64,000 nucleotides of DNA, taken from NCBI GenBank assembly GCA_965140445.1, contig OZ223236.1:1056001-1120000 (forward strand). The letters run 5' to 3'. This document shows, piece after piece, positions 19,774 to 29,852 of the stretch. Each line of letters opens with the position of its first letter. Position 1 is the stretch's first letter. The notes under the pieces are model-generated. The model was not told the DNA's origin, ran no database searches, and worked only from the letters and a program-made list of their open reading frames with translations. The stretch is from Candidatus Ozemobacteraceae bacterium. GTDB lineage: Bacteria; Muiribacteriota; Ozemobacteria; Ozemobacterales; Ozemobacteraceae. The translations under genes and the position numbers were made by a program.

Positions 19774-22044
19774 ATGGCTTTAAGAATTAATCAAAACGCG
19801 CTGTCAGTTAGTACATACGGCACGCTTGCAAAAACATCTTCAAGGCTTGAGAAGTCAATTCAAAAGCTTAGTTCTGGATTAAGAATTAATACCGCTGCGG
19901 ATGATGCAGCTGGATTGGCAATCAGTGAAAAGATGCGTCGCCAGATTAGAGGGTTGAATCGTGCTGTTTTAAATGCCCAGGATGGCATTTCAATGATTCA
20001 AACCGCTGAAGGCGCTTTGAATGAGACTCACAGCATTCTGCAAAGAATGAGAGAACTGGCAACTCAGTCATCTAATGACACACTGACTAGTAACGATAGA
20101 CTAGAGATTCAAAAAGAAGTAAACCAGCTTCGAGATGAGATAAATCGAATTTCGACAAGCACCGAATTCAATACCAAGAGATTGTTGGATGGAAGTCAGA
20201 CTGCGCTGATTAGTGCCAGCTCTGATTCAGTAAAAGGTATTGTTGCGGGTGCTATTTCTGGAACTGCCTCTGATTATGATGTAAGTATTGCACTACTTGC
20301 TGGTGGGGTTAGCGAAATGAAGCGAACCCAGATTTTCACCTTGAATGATGGTGCAGGAACTCTTGCTGATGGTGGAACTCAGTTGCAGAGCATTGCCCAG
20401 TTCTACGATGCTAACGGCGTGTTTGTTCTTGATACACCCCAGACCTTAACAGTGCATGGAAATACTAAAGACACGACGGTCGTATTAGACGGTCAGATGA
20501 CCCTGGATAACCTTGCTGCAGATCTTCAAAATGCTTTTGTAAGTAATTCTGGTCTTTCCATAGATAGTTCAAGAACTGGAGTTGTAAACACCGTACAGAG
20601 CAAAATTGCTGGGGTTGGCGGATACATTGAGATGGTTTCCGGATTTGTTGGAGACCAGGGAAGCATTACCTTCGCTTCTGATCAGAGAGTTATGGATGCT
20701 CTTGGAATTTCTACTCAACGCGAAGCTGTTAACAGCCAGGTTGAAGTCGTTGCGAGAGACGGATTTGGAAACAGCCGAACTGTTAGAACAGAAGGCCAGA
20801 CTGCTCTAGGTCTACTTAACGGAATCGATGTGAAATTTGACTCTCAATCCGCCCAAATTGCAGGCACAAAAGGTTTGGAAGAAGGAATTAAATTCACTTC
20901 AGATCAGACTTTCAAGATTTCAGTAGGTGGCGCAACTTTAAGTGTCGCTATTAGTGCTGATACTACGAACGGCTGGACAATGGAAGGAATTGCTCGCGCT
21001 ATCAATGCGGAAGTTGACAACCAGATTGGTGCTGAGCCTGGTTTGACAGGTTTTGACGCTAGCGTTGTGGATGGCGAGATTAGATTGTCTTACCAAAAAC
21101 CTGCTTCAGCTGGAGTGAGCATTGGTAATACAATTAAAATAATCAGCGCAACGACCAGTGCGGCTTCAATCGGATTTATTGACGGTTCCTATAGTGGCTT
21201 TGTTGATGGTGATAAAAATCAAAACGAAGTGGTGTGGGGATTCAGTCGTTTCATTAATACCGGCTCGTATGGCTTTGGCGATGGTATTGCTGTAACTATG
21301 GATATCTCTGATGGGCTTGGCACAGAAACCATTACTGTGTTCAGTTCCCTTGGTATAGCTAGATCTACTGTTTCTGATATGATTCTTTTCACTAACTTTC
21401 AGGCAGATGTAAACAGACTGCTTGATGCCGCTACAGTTGCTATTAGAGTAGACCAGGTTGGTGGTTCACTGGCTTTCACTTCGTTGAAGGTTGGAACTGA
21501 AAATATGGATAATGCCGCAAATGTTACAAGTCTGGTTACTTTAACTGCTTTTACAAATCTTACAGATTCAATGTTTGCCGATAGGTTTGGTTTGTCAGCG
21601 GGCACATCAAAAGGTAGTGGTGATACCAACTTCAAAATGCATGTAGTTGATCGACAGGCTCAATTTCAGATTGGTGCAGATCAGGGACAGACGATGAAGG
21701 TTAATATTGCGAATATGAGCGCTGAAGCTCTTGGCGTTGATAATCTTGATCTAACAAATATTACCGGAGCTAATGAAGCTATGGGGCGCTTGAATAAAGC
21801 TATAGATCTTGTTTCTTCAGAGAGATCGAAGCTTGGCGCTTACCAGAACCGTCTTGAATACTCAATCAATAACCTGCGCAATACTCACAGTAACTTAACT
21901 GCTTCTGAGTCCAGAATTCGTGATGCAGATATTGCCATGGAAATGATTGAATTCACTAGAAATCAAATAGTTCAGCAGTCTGGAACAGCTATGCTGTCAC
22001 AGGCAAATCTGATTCCTCAGAGCGTGCTACAACTCTTGGGATAG
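19774..22044 (+). CDS. fliC: Flagellin 6 (756 aa), closest paralogue of flagellin 5
   Basis: Flagellin motifs; central region nearly identical in protein sequence to flagellin 5. Confidence 0.97.
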   Translation: MALRINQNALSVSTYGTLAKTSSRLEKSIQKLSSGLRINTAADDAAGLAISEKMRRQIRGLNRAVLNAQDGISMIQTAEGALNETHSILQRMRELATQSSNDTLTSNDRLEIQKEVNQLRDEINRISTSTEFNTKRLLDGSQTALISASSDSVKGIVAGAISGTASDYDVSIALLAGGVSEMKRTQIFTLNDGAGTLADGGTQLQSIAQFYDANGVFVLDTPQTLTVHGNTKDTTVVLDGQMTLDNLAADLQNAFVSNSGLSIDSSRTGVVNTVQSKIAGVGGYIEMVSGFVGDQGSITFASDQRVMDALGISTQREAVNSQVEVVARDGFGNSRTVRTEGQTALGLLNGIDVKFDSQSAQIAGTKGLEEGIKFTSDQTFKISVGGATLSVAISADTTNGWTMEGIARAINAEVDNQIGAEPGLTGFDASVVDGEIRLSYQKPASAGVSIGNTIKIISATTSAASIGFIDGSYSGFVDGDKNQNEVVWGFSRFINTGSYGFGDGIAVTMDISDGLGTETITVFSSLGIARSTVSDMILFTNFQADVNRLLDAATVAIRVDQVGGSLAFTSLKVGTENMDNAANVTSLVTLTAFTNLTDSMFADRFGLSAGTSKGSGDTNFKMHVVDRQAQFQIGADQGQTMKVNIANMSAEALGVDNLDLTNITGANEAMGRLNKAIDLVSSERSKLGAYQNRLEYSINNLRNTHSNLTASESRIRDADIAMEMIEFTRNQIVQQSGTAMLSQANLIPQSVLQLLG

Positions 22045-22163
22045 TAAAAAAATAACCTCACTGTAAGGCGAGCCTGTTATGGCTCGCCTTACAGAGGTTT
22101 ATTTCTCAGGTAATTTTGTTCCTGGGATAATCAAGCTGAAAAGCCAGAATTTAGGAAATGTTA

Positions 22164-22469
22164 GACAACTGAATCGTTCTTAGTGCAACGAATTCTCGCT
22201 GAATTCTTTGCCAGCGCCTGCTTATGGTTGTTTGTTCAACCAGTTTCAGGTGTTGTATTCGACAACTGAATCGTTCTTAGTGCAACGAATTCTCACTGAA
22301 TTCTTTGCCAGCGCCTGATTGTGATTGCTTGTTCAACCAGCTTCAGGTGCTGTATTCGACAACTGAATCGTTCTTAGTGCAACGAATTCTCGCTGAATTC
22401 TTTGCCGGAGCCTGCTTATGGTTGTTTGTTCGACCAGCTTCAGGTGCTGTATTCGACAACTGAATCGTT
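22164..22469. repeat. 97-bp non-coding tandem repeat (3 full copies plus a 15-bp partial copy)
   Basis: Unit GACAACTGAATCGTTCTTAGTGCAACGAATTC...TGTATTC starts at 22164, 22261, 22358 and 22455. Confidence 0.95.
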
Positions 22470-22540
22470 AACTTGGAAAGCTTGAATTTCCAGGTTTTAT
22501 TGCTGGATTTAGCTTTTTGCAAAGGAGGTTTATTTAAGGC

Positions 22541-22617
22541 GAAACGCAGGGAAGCGTTTCAAATAGCTTAGGATTCGCATGCGCTGGGCATGCCAATTGA
22601 TTCATGGAGGAATCAAT
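22541..22617 (+). promoter_or_regulatory. Twin GGA-loop hairpin leader, flagellin 7
   Basis: GAAACGC-AGGGAA-GCGTTTC and ATTGATTC-ATGGAG-GAATCAAT. Confidence 0.75.
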
Positions 22618-24879
22618 ATGTCTTTACGTATTAATCAAAATGTTCTGTCTGTACAAACATACGGAAGTATTTCAAAAACTTCCTCTCGGCTTGAGAAGTC
22701 AATTCAAAAGCTGAGTTCGGGTTTGCGCATAAATACAGCTGCGGATGATGCAGCTGGCTTGTCAATTAGCGAAAAAATGCGTAGACAGATAAGAGGTCTG
22801 GATCGAGCTGTGTTAAATGCTCAAGATGGCATTTCAATGGTTCAGACTGCTGAAGGGGCTCTAAATGAGACTCACAGCATTCTTCAGAGAATGCGTGAGC
22901 TTGCTACTCAATCAGCAAACGATACCCTGACAAGCAATGATCGCCTCGAAATTCAAAAAGAGGTTAATCAGCTACGCGATGAAATAAATCGCATATCAAC
23001 CAGTACCGAATTCAACACCAAGCGTCTGCTTGATGGAAGTCAAACAGCTCTGATAAGTGCTAGTTCAGACTCTGTGCTTGGGGTTGTTACTGGTGGAATT
23101 AAAGGGTTGAGCTCTGATTATGATGTTAGTATGGCCGTATTATCAGGTGGAGTTAGCCAATTATCACGTTCTCAGATTTTTACTCTAAATGATGGTTCAG
23201 GCAAACTCGCTGACGGTGGAACCCAACTCCAAAGTATTGCACAGTTCTATGACGCAAATGGCGTTTTTATTCTAGATACTCCGCAAACAATTAACCTTCA
23301 TGGAAATGGAAATGATGCCAAGGTTGTTTTAGATGGTCAAATGACTCTGGATAATCTGGCTGCGGATCTTCAGAATTCCCTGGTTAGTAATTCGGGGCTA
23401 TCTATTGATAGTTCCAGGAGCGCCGTAGTTAACACTTTGCAAACAAAAATCGCTGGAATGGGTGGATACATAGAGCTTGTTTCAGGGTTTGTTGGAGATC
23501 AGGGTGCATTCTCTTTTGCTTCTGATCAAAAAGTTATTGATGCTCTTGGATTATCAGTGCAAAGAGAAGCTGTAAATAGTCAGGTTGAAGTCTATGCCAA
23601 AGACGCTTTTGGTAACTCAAAAACAGTTAGAACTGATGGTTCAACGGCAACTGGACTGTTGAATGGGGTTGATTTAGCCTTTAACTCTCAATCGGCTCAG
23701 GTTGCAGGTACTAAAGGCCTGGAGCTTGGATTGGCGCTTACAGGCAATTTAACTTTCTCTGTTTCTGTTGCGGATAGCAATTTTGCTGCAGTTGTTCTTG
23801 GAGCAGGTGGGCAAAACTGGACAATGGGAGGCATTGCAAGGTCAATAAATCAGCAGATTGAGGGTGCTCTTGGCGGTAGTCCAGGTTTAAAAGGATTATC
23901 TGCTTCTGTGGTTGACGGCGAAATTCGATTGACATATGAAAAGCCTGCTTCAGCATCAGCTACTGTTGGAAACACTATTAAAATAGTAAATGCCACAACA
24001 AATGCAGCCCCAATCGGACTTGTTGATGGTACCTATAGTGGATTTGTTGATGGAAAGAAGAATCTTGATCAGGCAAAATGGGGGTTCAGCAATTTCATTT
24101 CAACTATCACTTATGGAATTGATGACCTTACTGTAGTTCATATCTCTGTCTCAGATGGAATAAATAGCACTGAAATTGATTTTCTAACTTCCAATGCAAC
24201 TGCATTTGCAACTTCGCCGGATATGGTTGTGTTTACTGAATTTCAGGCAATTGCCAATAAGGCTTTGGAAAATGCCAGCGTAGCCGTGAGGGTTGACCAG
24301 GTTGGCGGAGCAATGGCGTTTACCTCATTAAGAGTTGGATCAGAAAACACTAATACTGCAACCATCACGAGTATGGTCGCTATAGTATTTTCTGGTACAA
24401 ATACTCTGTTTGGAGACCGTTTTGGCTTGTCTGAAGGCACTTCTAAGGGTAGTGGCGATACAAATTTCAAGCTACATATTGTGGATCGCCAATCCCAGTT
24501 CCAGATTGGTGCTGATCAGGGCCAGACAATGAGTATTAATATTGCCAATATGGGTGCAAAAGCTCTGGGGGTTGAGAACCTTGACTTGACAAGTGTTGAT
24601 GGCGCTAATGAGGCGATGGGAAAACTCAATAATGCTATCGATCGAGTTTCATCGGAGCGATCCAAGCTTGGTTCTTATAATAACAGGCTTGAATACTCAA
24701 TAAATAATCTAAGAAACACTTATAGCAATCTAACAGCTTCAGAATCAAGAATTCGCGATGCAGATATTGCCATGGAAATGATTGAATTCACGCGTAATCA
24801 GATTGTGCAGCAATCTGGAACAGCAATGTTGGCTCAGGCTAACTCTCTTCCACAAGGAGTTCTGCAGCTTTTGAAGTGA
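22618..24879 (+). CDS. fliC: Flagellin 7 (753 aa; start moved)
   Basis: MSLRINQN start after the SD; flagellin motifs. Confidence 0.97.
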   Translation: MSLRINQNVLSVQTYGSISKTSSRLEKSIQKLSSGLRINTAADDAAGLSISEKMRRQIRGLDRAVLNAQDGISMVQTAEGALNETHSILQRMRELATQSANDTLTSNDRLEIQKEVNQLRDEINRISTSTEFNTKRLLDGSQTALISASSDSVLGVVTGGIKGLSSDYDVSMAVLSGGVSQLSRSQIFTLNDGSGKLADGGTQLQSIAQFYDANGVFILDTPQTINLHGNGNDAKVVLDGQMTLDNLAADLQNSLVSNSGLSIDSSRSAVVNTLQTKIAGMGGYIELVSGFVGDQGAFSFASDQKVIDALGLSVQREAVNSQVEVYAKDAFGNSKTVRTDGSTATGLLNGVDLAFNSQSAQVAGTKGLELGLALTGNLTFSVSVADSNFAAVVLGAGGQNWTMGGIARSINQQIEGALGGSPGLKGLSASVVDGEIRLTYEKPASASATVGNTIKIVNATTNAAPIGLVDGTYSGFVDGKKNLDQAKWGFSNFISTITYGIDDLTVVHISVSDGINSTEIDFLTSNATAFATSPDMVVFTEFQAIANKALENASVAVRVDQVGGAMAFTSLRVGSENTNTATITSMVAIVFSGTNTLFGDRFGLSEGTSKGSGDTNFKLHIVDRQSQFQIGADQGQTMSINIANMGAKALGVENLDLTSVDGANEAMGKLNNAIDRVSSERSKLGSYNNRLEYSINNLRNTYSNLTASESRIRDADIAMEMIEFTRNQIVQQSGTAMLAQANSLPQGVLQLLK

Positions 24880-25001
24880 TTTGTATGAAAACTTTATGTA
24901 AAAAAAGCAAATTCTCTTTCTCTGAAACAGGTTTCAGAGAAAGAGCTCTTGCGCGAAAAGTCTTTGAGGAGGTGATGTGGATCTTTTGAGAGCAGGTTAA
25001 C

Positions 25002-25046
25002 CACCCAGGGATGGGTGAAAAAAAGAATTGATTCATGGAGGAATCG
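25002..25046 (+). promoter_or_regulatory. Twin GGA-loop hairpin leader, flagellin 8
   Basis: CACCC-AGGGAT-GGGTG and TGATTC-ATGGAG-GAATCG. Confidence 0.75.
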
Positions 25047-25049
25047 AAA

Positions 25050-27311
25050 ATGTCTTTAAGTATTAATCAAAACGTGTTGTCGGTAAACACCTATGGCACA
25101 ATTGCAAAAAACAGTTCAAGATTGGAAAAGTCTATTCAAAAGCTAAGCTCTGGGTTGCGTATTAATAGCGCAGCTGATGATGCAGCTGGTCTTGCTATCA
25201 GCGAAAAGATGAGGCGACAGGTGCGTGGCTTAAACAGGGCTGTTCTAAATGCCCAGGACGGCATTTCGATGGTGCAGACCGCAGAGGGGGCGTTGAATGA
25301 AACTCATAGTATTCTGCAAAGAATGCGCGAGCTTGCAAGCCAATCGGCAAACGATACCTTAACCAGTAATGACCGGCTTGAGATTCAGAAGGAAGTGAAC
25401 CAACTTCGCGATGAAATAAATCGTATTTCAACAAGCACTGAATTTAATACCAAACGCCTTCTTGATGGGAGCCAGACAGCACTAATTAGCGCAAGCTCTG
25501 ATTCCGTGGAGGGTGTTGTTGCAGGATCAATTTCAGGTATAGGTACAGATTATGATGTCAGCATTGCTTTGCTTGCCGGCGGAGTTAGTCAGATGCACCG
25601 TTCTCAGATATTTACTCTCAATGATGGTTCTGGCAAGCTGGCTGATGGTGGCACTCAATTGCAAAGCATCGCGCAGTTTTATGATGCGAATGGCGTGTTT
25701 GTTCTGGATACTCCCCAATCGTTAAATCTTCATGGGAATGGGGATGACTCTCAGGTTATTCTTGATGGCCAGATGACATTAGACAATCTGGCAGCAGACT
25801 TGCAGAATGCCTTGGTGAGTAAGTCTGGGCTAGCAATTGATAGCTCAAGAAGTGCAGTAATTAACACAGTTCAATCAAAAGTTGCTGGGGTTGGTGGTTA
25901 TCTTGAACTGGTTTCTGGGTTTGTAGGCGATCTAGGTGAATTTTCTTTTGCTTCGGACCAGAAGGTAATGGATGCTCTTGGATTTTCAGTTCAGAGAGAG
26001 GCCGTGAATAGTCAGGTTGAAGTCATGGCCAAAGATGGATTTGGAAACACCAGAACAGTTAGAACTGATGGTTCAACAGCCAAAGGTCTTCTGAATGGAA
26101 TTGATGTGAATTTCACTTCTCAGTCGGCACAAATTGCTGGCACTAAAGGTCTGGAGCTTGGTTTAAAAGTATCAACTGCGCAGACTTTTTCCATCTCCGC
26201 AGGGGGAGGAACCGTTGACGTAACTATTGTCACCGGCGGCTGGACTATGGGTGGAATTGCGACTTCCATTAATAGACAGATTGAAGCTGAAATTAACAAT
26301 GGTGAAACGCTGCAGGGCCTTTCAGCCAGTGTTGTTGATGGGGAGATAAGAATTGCCTATGAAAAGCCAGCGTCTGCAGCTGTAACAATTGGAAGCAGCT
26401 TGAAATTGGTAAACGCAACAGGCAATGCTGACCTGCTTGGTTTTGTTGATGGTGAATTTAGTGGTTTTGTTGATGCTAAAAAAGATCAAACCTACGCCAG
26501 ATGGGGATTTAGTAGTAATGTTTCTACGGCTTCCTATGGGCTTACTGACGGAGACGCTGTAACAATTGATGTTTCAGATGGTCAGCAAAATTTCACTATT
26601 ACAATCATGACTGCTCATGGAATAACTAGTGGATCAACCGCAGATATGGTTCTATTTACTGATTTCCAGGCCAGTGTAAATGACTTGTTAGATACCAATA
26701 ATGTTGAAGTTCGGCTGGATCAGGTTGGCGGAGCAATGGCCTTTACAGCTCTAAGAGTTGGTAAAGAAAACATGGACAATGCTGCAAATATAACCAGCAT
26801 GGTAACTCTGAATAACTTTGCAGCTAATTCCAGTTCAATGCTTCAAGAAGAGTTCGGATTATCTGCGGGAACCTCCAAAGGAAGTGGTGATACAAACTTT
26901 AAAATGCATGTTGTGGATCGCCAGGCCCAGTTCCAGATCGGAGCCGATCAGGGGCAAACGATGAAAATCAATATTGCCAATATGGGAGCTAAGGCTCTTG
27001 GAGTAGACAATCTGGATCTAACCAATGTTGATGGCGCAAACGCAGCTATGAGCAAACTTAATACCGCCATTGACAGGGTTTCGTCTGAGAGATCAAAGCT
27101 TGGTTCCTACAATAACCGTCTCGAATACTCAATAAACAATCTACGCAATACCTATAGCAATCTGACAGCATCTGAATCCAGAATTCGTGATGCTGATATT
27201 GCCATAGAAATGATTGAATTTACCAGGAATCAGATTGTTCAACAATCGGGTACAGCAATGCTGGCTCAAGCCAATATGGTCCCACAAGGAGTATTGCAGC
27301 TTCTTAAGTAA
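25050..27311 (+). CDS. fliC: Flagellin 8 (753 aa; start moved)
   Basis: MSLSINQN start after the SD; flagellin motifs. Confidence 0.97.
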   Translation: MSLSINQNVLSVNTYGTIAKNSSRLEKSIQKLSSGLRINSAADDAAGLAISEKMRRQVRGLNRAVLNAQDGISMVQTAEGALNETHSILQRMRELASQSANDTLTSNDRLEIQKEVNQLRDEINRISTSTEFNTKRLLDGSQTALISASSDSVEGVVAGSISGIGTDYDVSIALLAGGVSQMHRSQIFTLNDGSGKLADGGTQLQSIAQFYDANGVFVLDTPQSLNLHGNGDDSQVILDGQMTLDNLAADLQNALVSKSGLAIDSSRSAVINTVQSKVAGVGGYLELVSGFVGDLGEFSFASDQKVMDALGFSVQREAVNSQVEVMAKDGFGNTRTVRTDGSTAKGLLNGIDVNFTSQSAQIAGTKGLELGLKVSTAQTFSISAGGGTVDVTIVTGGWTMGGIATSINRQIEAEINNGETLQGLSASVVDGEIRIAYEKPASAAVTIGSSLKLVNATGNADLLGFVDGEFSGFVDAKKDQTYARWGFSSNVSTASYGLTDGDAVTIDVSDGQQNFTITIMTAHGITSGSTADMVLFTDFQASVNDLLDTNNVEVRLDQVGGAMAFTALRVGKENMDNAANITSMVTLNNFAANSSSMLQEEFGLSAGTSKGSGDTNFKMHVVDRQAQFQIGADQGQTMKINIANMGAKALGVDNLDLTNVDGANAAMSKLNTAIDRVSSERSKLGSYNNRLEYSINNLRNTYSNLTASESRIRDADIAIEMIEFTRNQIVQQSGTAMLAQANMVPQGVLQLLK

Positions 27312-27450
27312 ATTAAATTAGTGGATCAGATAAGATCCTTTTGGTAGTTAACCTGATTTCCGGCGCCATTTGGCGCCAGGGATCCGGGTAGTTTTGAATT
27401 TACATTCAGGGGGGTGATACCAGCGTTTTTTGGGGTTCTTAAAAATTTAG

Positions 27451-27496
27451 TACCCAGGGATGGGTAAAAAAAAATGTATTGATTCATGGAGGAATC
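27451..27496 (+). promoter_or_regulatory. Twin GGA-loop hairpin leader, flagellin 9
   Basis: TACCC-AGGGAT-GGGTA and GATTC-ATGGAG-GAATC. Confidence 0.75.
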
Positions 27497-27500
27497 GAAT

Positions 27501-29768
27501 ATGTCTCTAACTATTAATCAGAATGTGCTGTCAGTAAATACCTACAGCACTATCGCAAAAAACAGTTCCAGGCTTGAGAAATCAATTCAAAAGCTAAGTT
27601 CTGGATTGCGAATCAATTCAGCTGCAGATGATGCCGCTGGACTGGCGATAAGTGAAAAGATGCGTCGTCAGGTCAGAGGATTGAATCGGGCAACTTTGAA
27701 TGCGCAAGATGGAATTTCAATGATTCAGACTGCTGAGGGGGCTCTAAACGAGTCTCATAGCATTCTTCAGAGGATGAGAGAGCTCGCCAGCCAATCGGCA
27801 AATGATACTCTTACAAGCAACGATCGACTGGAAATACAGAAGGAAGTTGTTCAGTTAAGAGATGAACTGAATCGTATCGCATCAGGTACCGAATTCAATA
27901 CAAAGCGGCTACTTGATGGCAGTCAAACCGCGCTTGTTAGTGCCAGCTCTGATTCCGTATCTGGAATCGTTAATGGTGCAATCTCAGGTGGAAGCGGAGA
28001 TTACGATGTAAGCATAGCTCTTTTAACCGGCGGAATTAGCCAGATGCACAGAAGTCAGATATTCAATTTGAATGATGGCTCTGGAAAGCTTGCAGATGGC
28101 AGCACGCAGTTACAGAGTATTGCTCAATTCTATGATTCTAATGGAGTGTTTGTGTTGGACACTCCGCAAACGCTAACGGTAAATGGGAACACTTCGTCTG
28201 CAGAGATCGTCATGGATGGGCAAATGACCCTCGACAACCTCGCTGCTGATTTGCAAAATGCTTTGGTTAGTAATTCCGGTCTATCAATTGACAGCTCTAA
28301 AAGTGCTGTCGTTAATACCGTACAAACCAAAATCGCAGGAGTTGGTGGCTATCTGGAGCTTGTTTCAGGATTTGTGGGTGAGCAGGGTGAATTTTCATTT
28401 GCATCAGATCAAAAGGTTATGGATGCTTTGGGATTATCCGTTCAGCGTGAAGCCGTAAACAGCAGAGTTGAAGTTACCACCAAGGATGGATTTGGTAGCT
28501 CAAGGACGGTTAGAACTGAAGGCGCAACTGCGGTTGGATTATTGGATGGCATTGATGTTGGTTTTACTTCACAATCTGCTCAGATTGCTGGAACTCAAGG
28601 GCTTGAGCTGGGACTGAATATCACTGCTAACCAATCATTTTCAATTTCAGTTGCAAACACTTCCCTGAATATCACTGTTGCAAGAACTGCTGGTTTGGGA
28701 TGGACAATGGAAGGCATTGCCAGATCAATTAACCAGCAAATTCAGACCGCAATCACTGGTGGTAATGGAAGACTTAAAGGTGCTTCTGCCAGCATAGTTG
28801 ACGGTGAATTGAGAATGTCTTATGAAAAGCCAGCATCCGCAACGGCTACAATAGGAAATACAATTGTACTGGCTAATGCTTCTGCTACTGCAGCAACTCT
28901 TGGACTTGTTAACGGAACCTATAGTGGTTTTGTTGATGGCAAAAAGAGCCAGGATCACACGGAGTGGGGGTTCAGCAGAAACATTTCAACTGTTACCTAC
29001 GGAATCGCAGATGCAACTTCCATTAATATCGTGGTTTCTGATGGAGTCAAAAATGCCACAATTACAGTTATGAGTTCTTTAAGAACTTCAAATGGAACGG
29101 TTGCAGACATGATCCTGTTTACAACTTTCCAGGCAAATACTAATGCAGCATTAGAGAACCAGTCTGTTCAGATACGTGTTGATCAGGTTGGAGGAGCTAT
29201 GGCTTACACTTCTAAGCTTGTTGGAACCTTGAATCGAAGCAATACTGCTAACTATACAAGCATGGTTTCATTAGCCTTAAATGGGCGTGACACCATGTTT
29301 ATGGACAGGTTCGGTCTTGATGATGGGACTTCCAAGGGAAGTGGGGATACCAACTTTAAGTTGCATATTGTAGACCGCCAGGCTCAGTTCCAGATTGGAG
29401 CTGATCAAGGTCAAACAATGAAGATCAATATTGCTAATATGTCCGCTGCTGCGCTCGGAGTGGATAATCTTGATTTAACCAATGTGTCTGGAGCTAACGA
29501 CGCTATGGGGAAATTGAACAAAGCAATAGACATGGTCTCTTCCGAGCGTTCAAAACTTGGTTCTTATCAGAACCGACTTGAGTATGCAATTAATAATATC
29601 AGGAATACTTACAGTAACCTGACAGCTTCTGAATCTCGAATTCGAGATGCAGATATTGCTATGGAAATGATTGAATTCACCAGGAATCAGATTATTCAAC
29701 AGTCCGGCACTGCCATGCTGGCTCAGTCTAATGCTGTTCCTCAGGGTGTACTTCAATTGTTGAAATAG
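27501..29768 (+). CDS. fliC: Flagellin 9 (755 aa; start moved)
   Basis: MSLTINQN start after the SD; flagellin motifs. Confidence 0.97.
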   Translation: MSLTINQNVLSVNTYSTIAKNSSRLEKSIQKLSSGLRINSAADDAAGLAISEKMRRQVRGLNRATLNAQDGISMIQTAEGALNESHSILQRMRELASQSANDTLTSNDRLEIQKEVVQLRDELNRIASGTEFNTKRLLDGSQTALVSASSDSVSGIVNGAISGGSGDYDVSIALLTGGISQMHRSQIFNLNDGSGKLADGSTQLQSIAQFYDSNGVFVLDTPQTLTVNGNTSSAEIVMDGQMTLDNLAADLQNALVSNSGLSIDSSKSAVVNTVQTKIAGVGGYLELVSGFVGEQGEFSFASDQKVMDALGLSVQREAVNSRVEVTTKDGFGSSRTVRTEGATAVGLLDGIDVGFTSQSAQIAGTQGLELGLNITANQSFSISVANTSLNITVARTAGLGWTMEGIARSINQQIQTAITGGNGRLKGASASIVDGELRMSYEKPASATATIGNTIVLANASATAATLGLVNGTYSGFVDGKKSQDHTEWGFSRNISTVTYGIADATSINIVVSDGVKNATITVMSSLRTSNGTVADMILFTTFQANTNAALENQSVQIRVDQVGGAMAYTSKLVGTLNRSNTANYTSMVSLALNGRDTMFMDRFGLDDGTSKGSGDTNFKLHIVDRQAQFQIGADQGQTMKINIANMSAAALGVDNLDLTNVSGANDAMGKLNKAIDMVSSERSKLGSYQNRLEYAINNIRNTYSNLTASESRIRDADIAMEMIEFTRNQIIQQSGTAMLAQSNAVPQGVLQLLK

Positions 29769-29852
29769 ATGTAAGAACCCAAAAAATGTCTGGAATCTAA
29801 ATTTAGGAGGTTTAATCAGCGGAAAGGTAAATGGGGTTCTGTACTATTAGAA

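Noticed and set aside
22164..22469. CRISPR array
   Set aside because: The whole 97-bp unit is repeated with no unique spacers, and there are no cas genes in the window.
17244..29850. Conserved leader peptides behind the upstream SD-like boxes
   Set aside because: Only fla8 has a plausibly spaced GTG (MDLLRAG); the others lack canonical starts and no peptide is shared.
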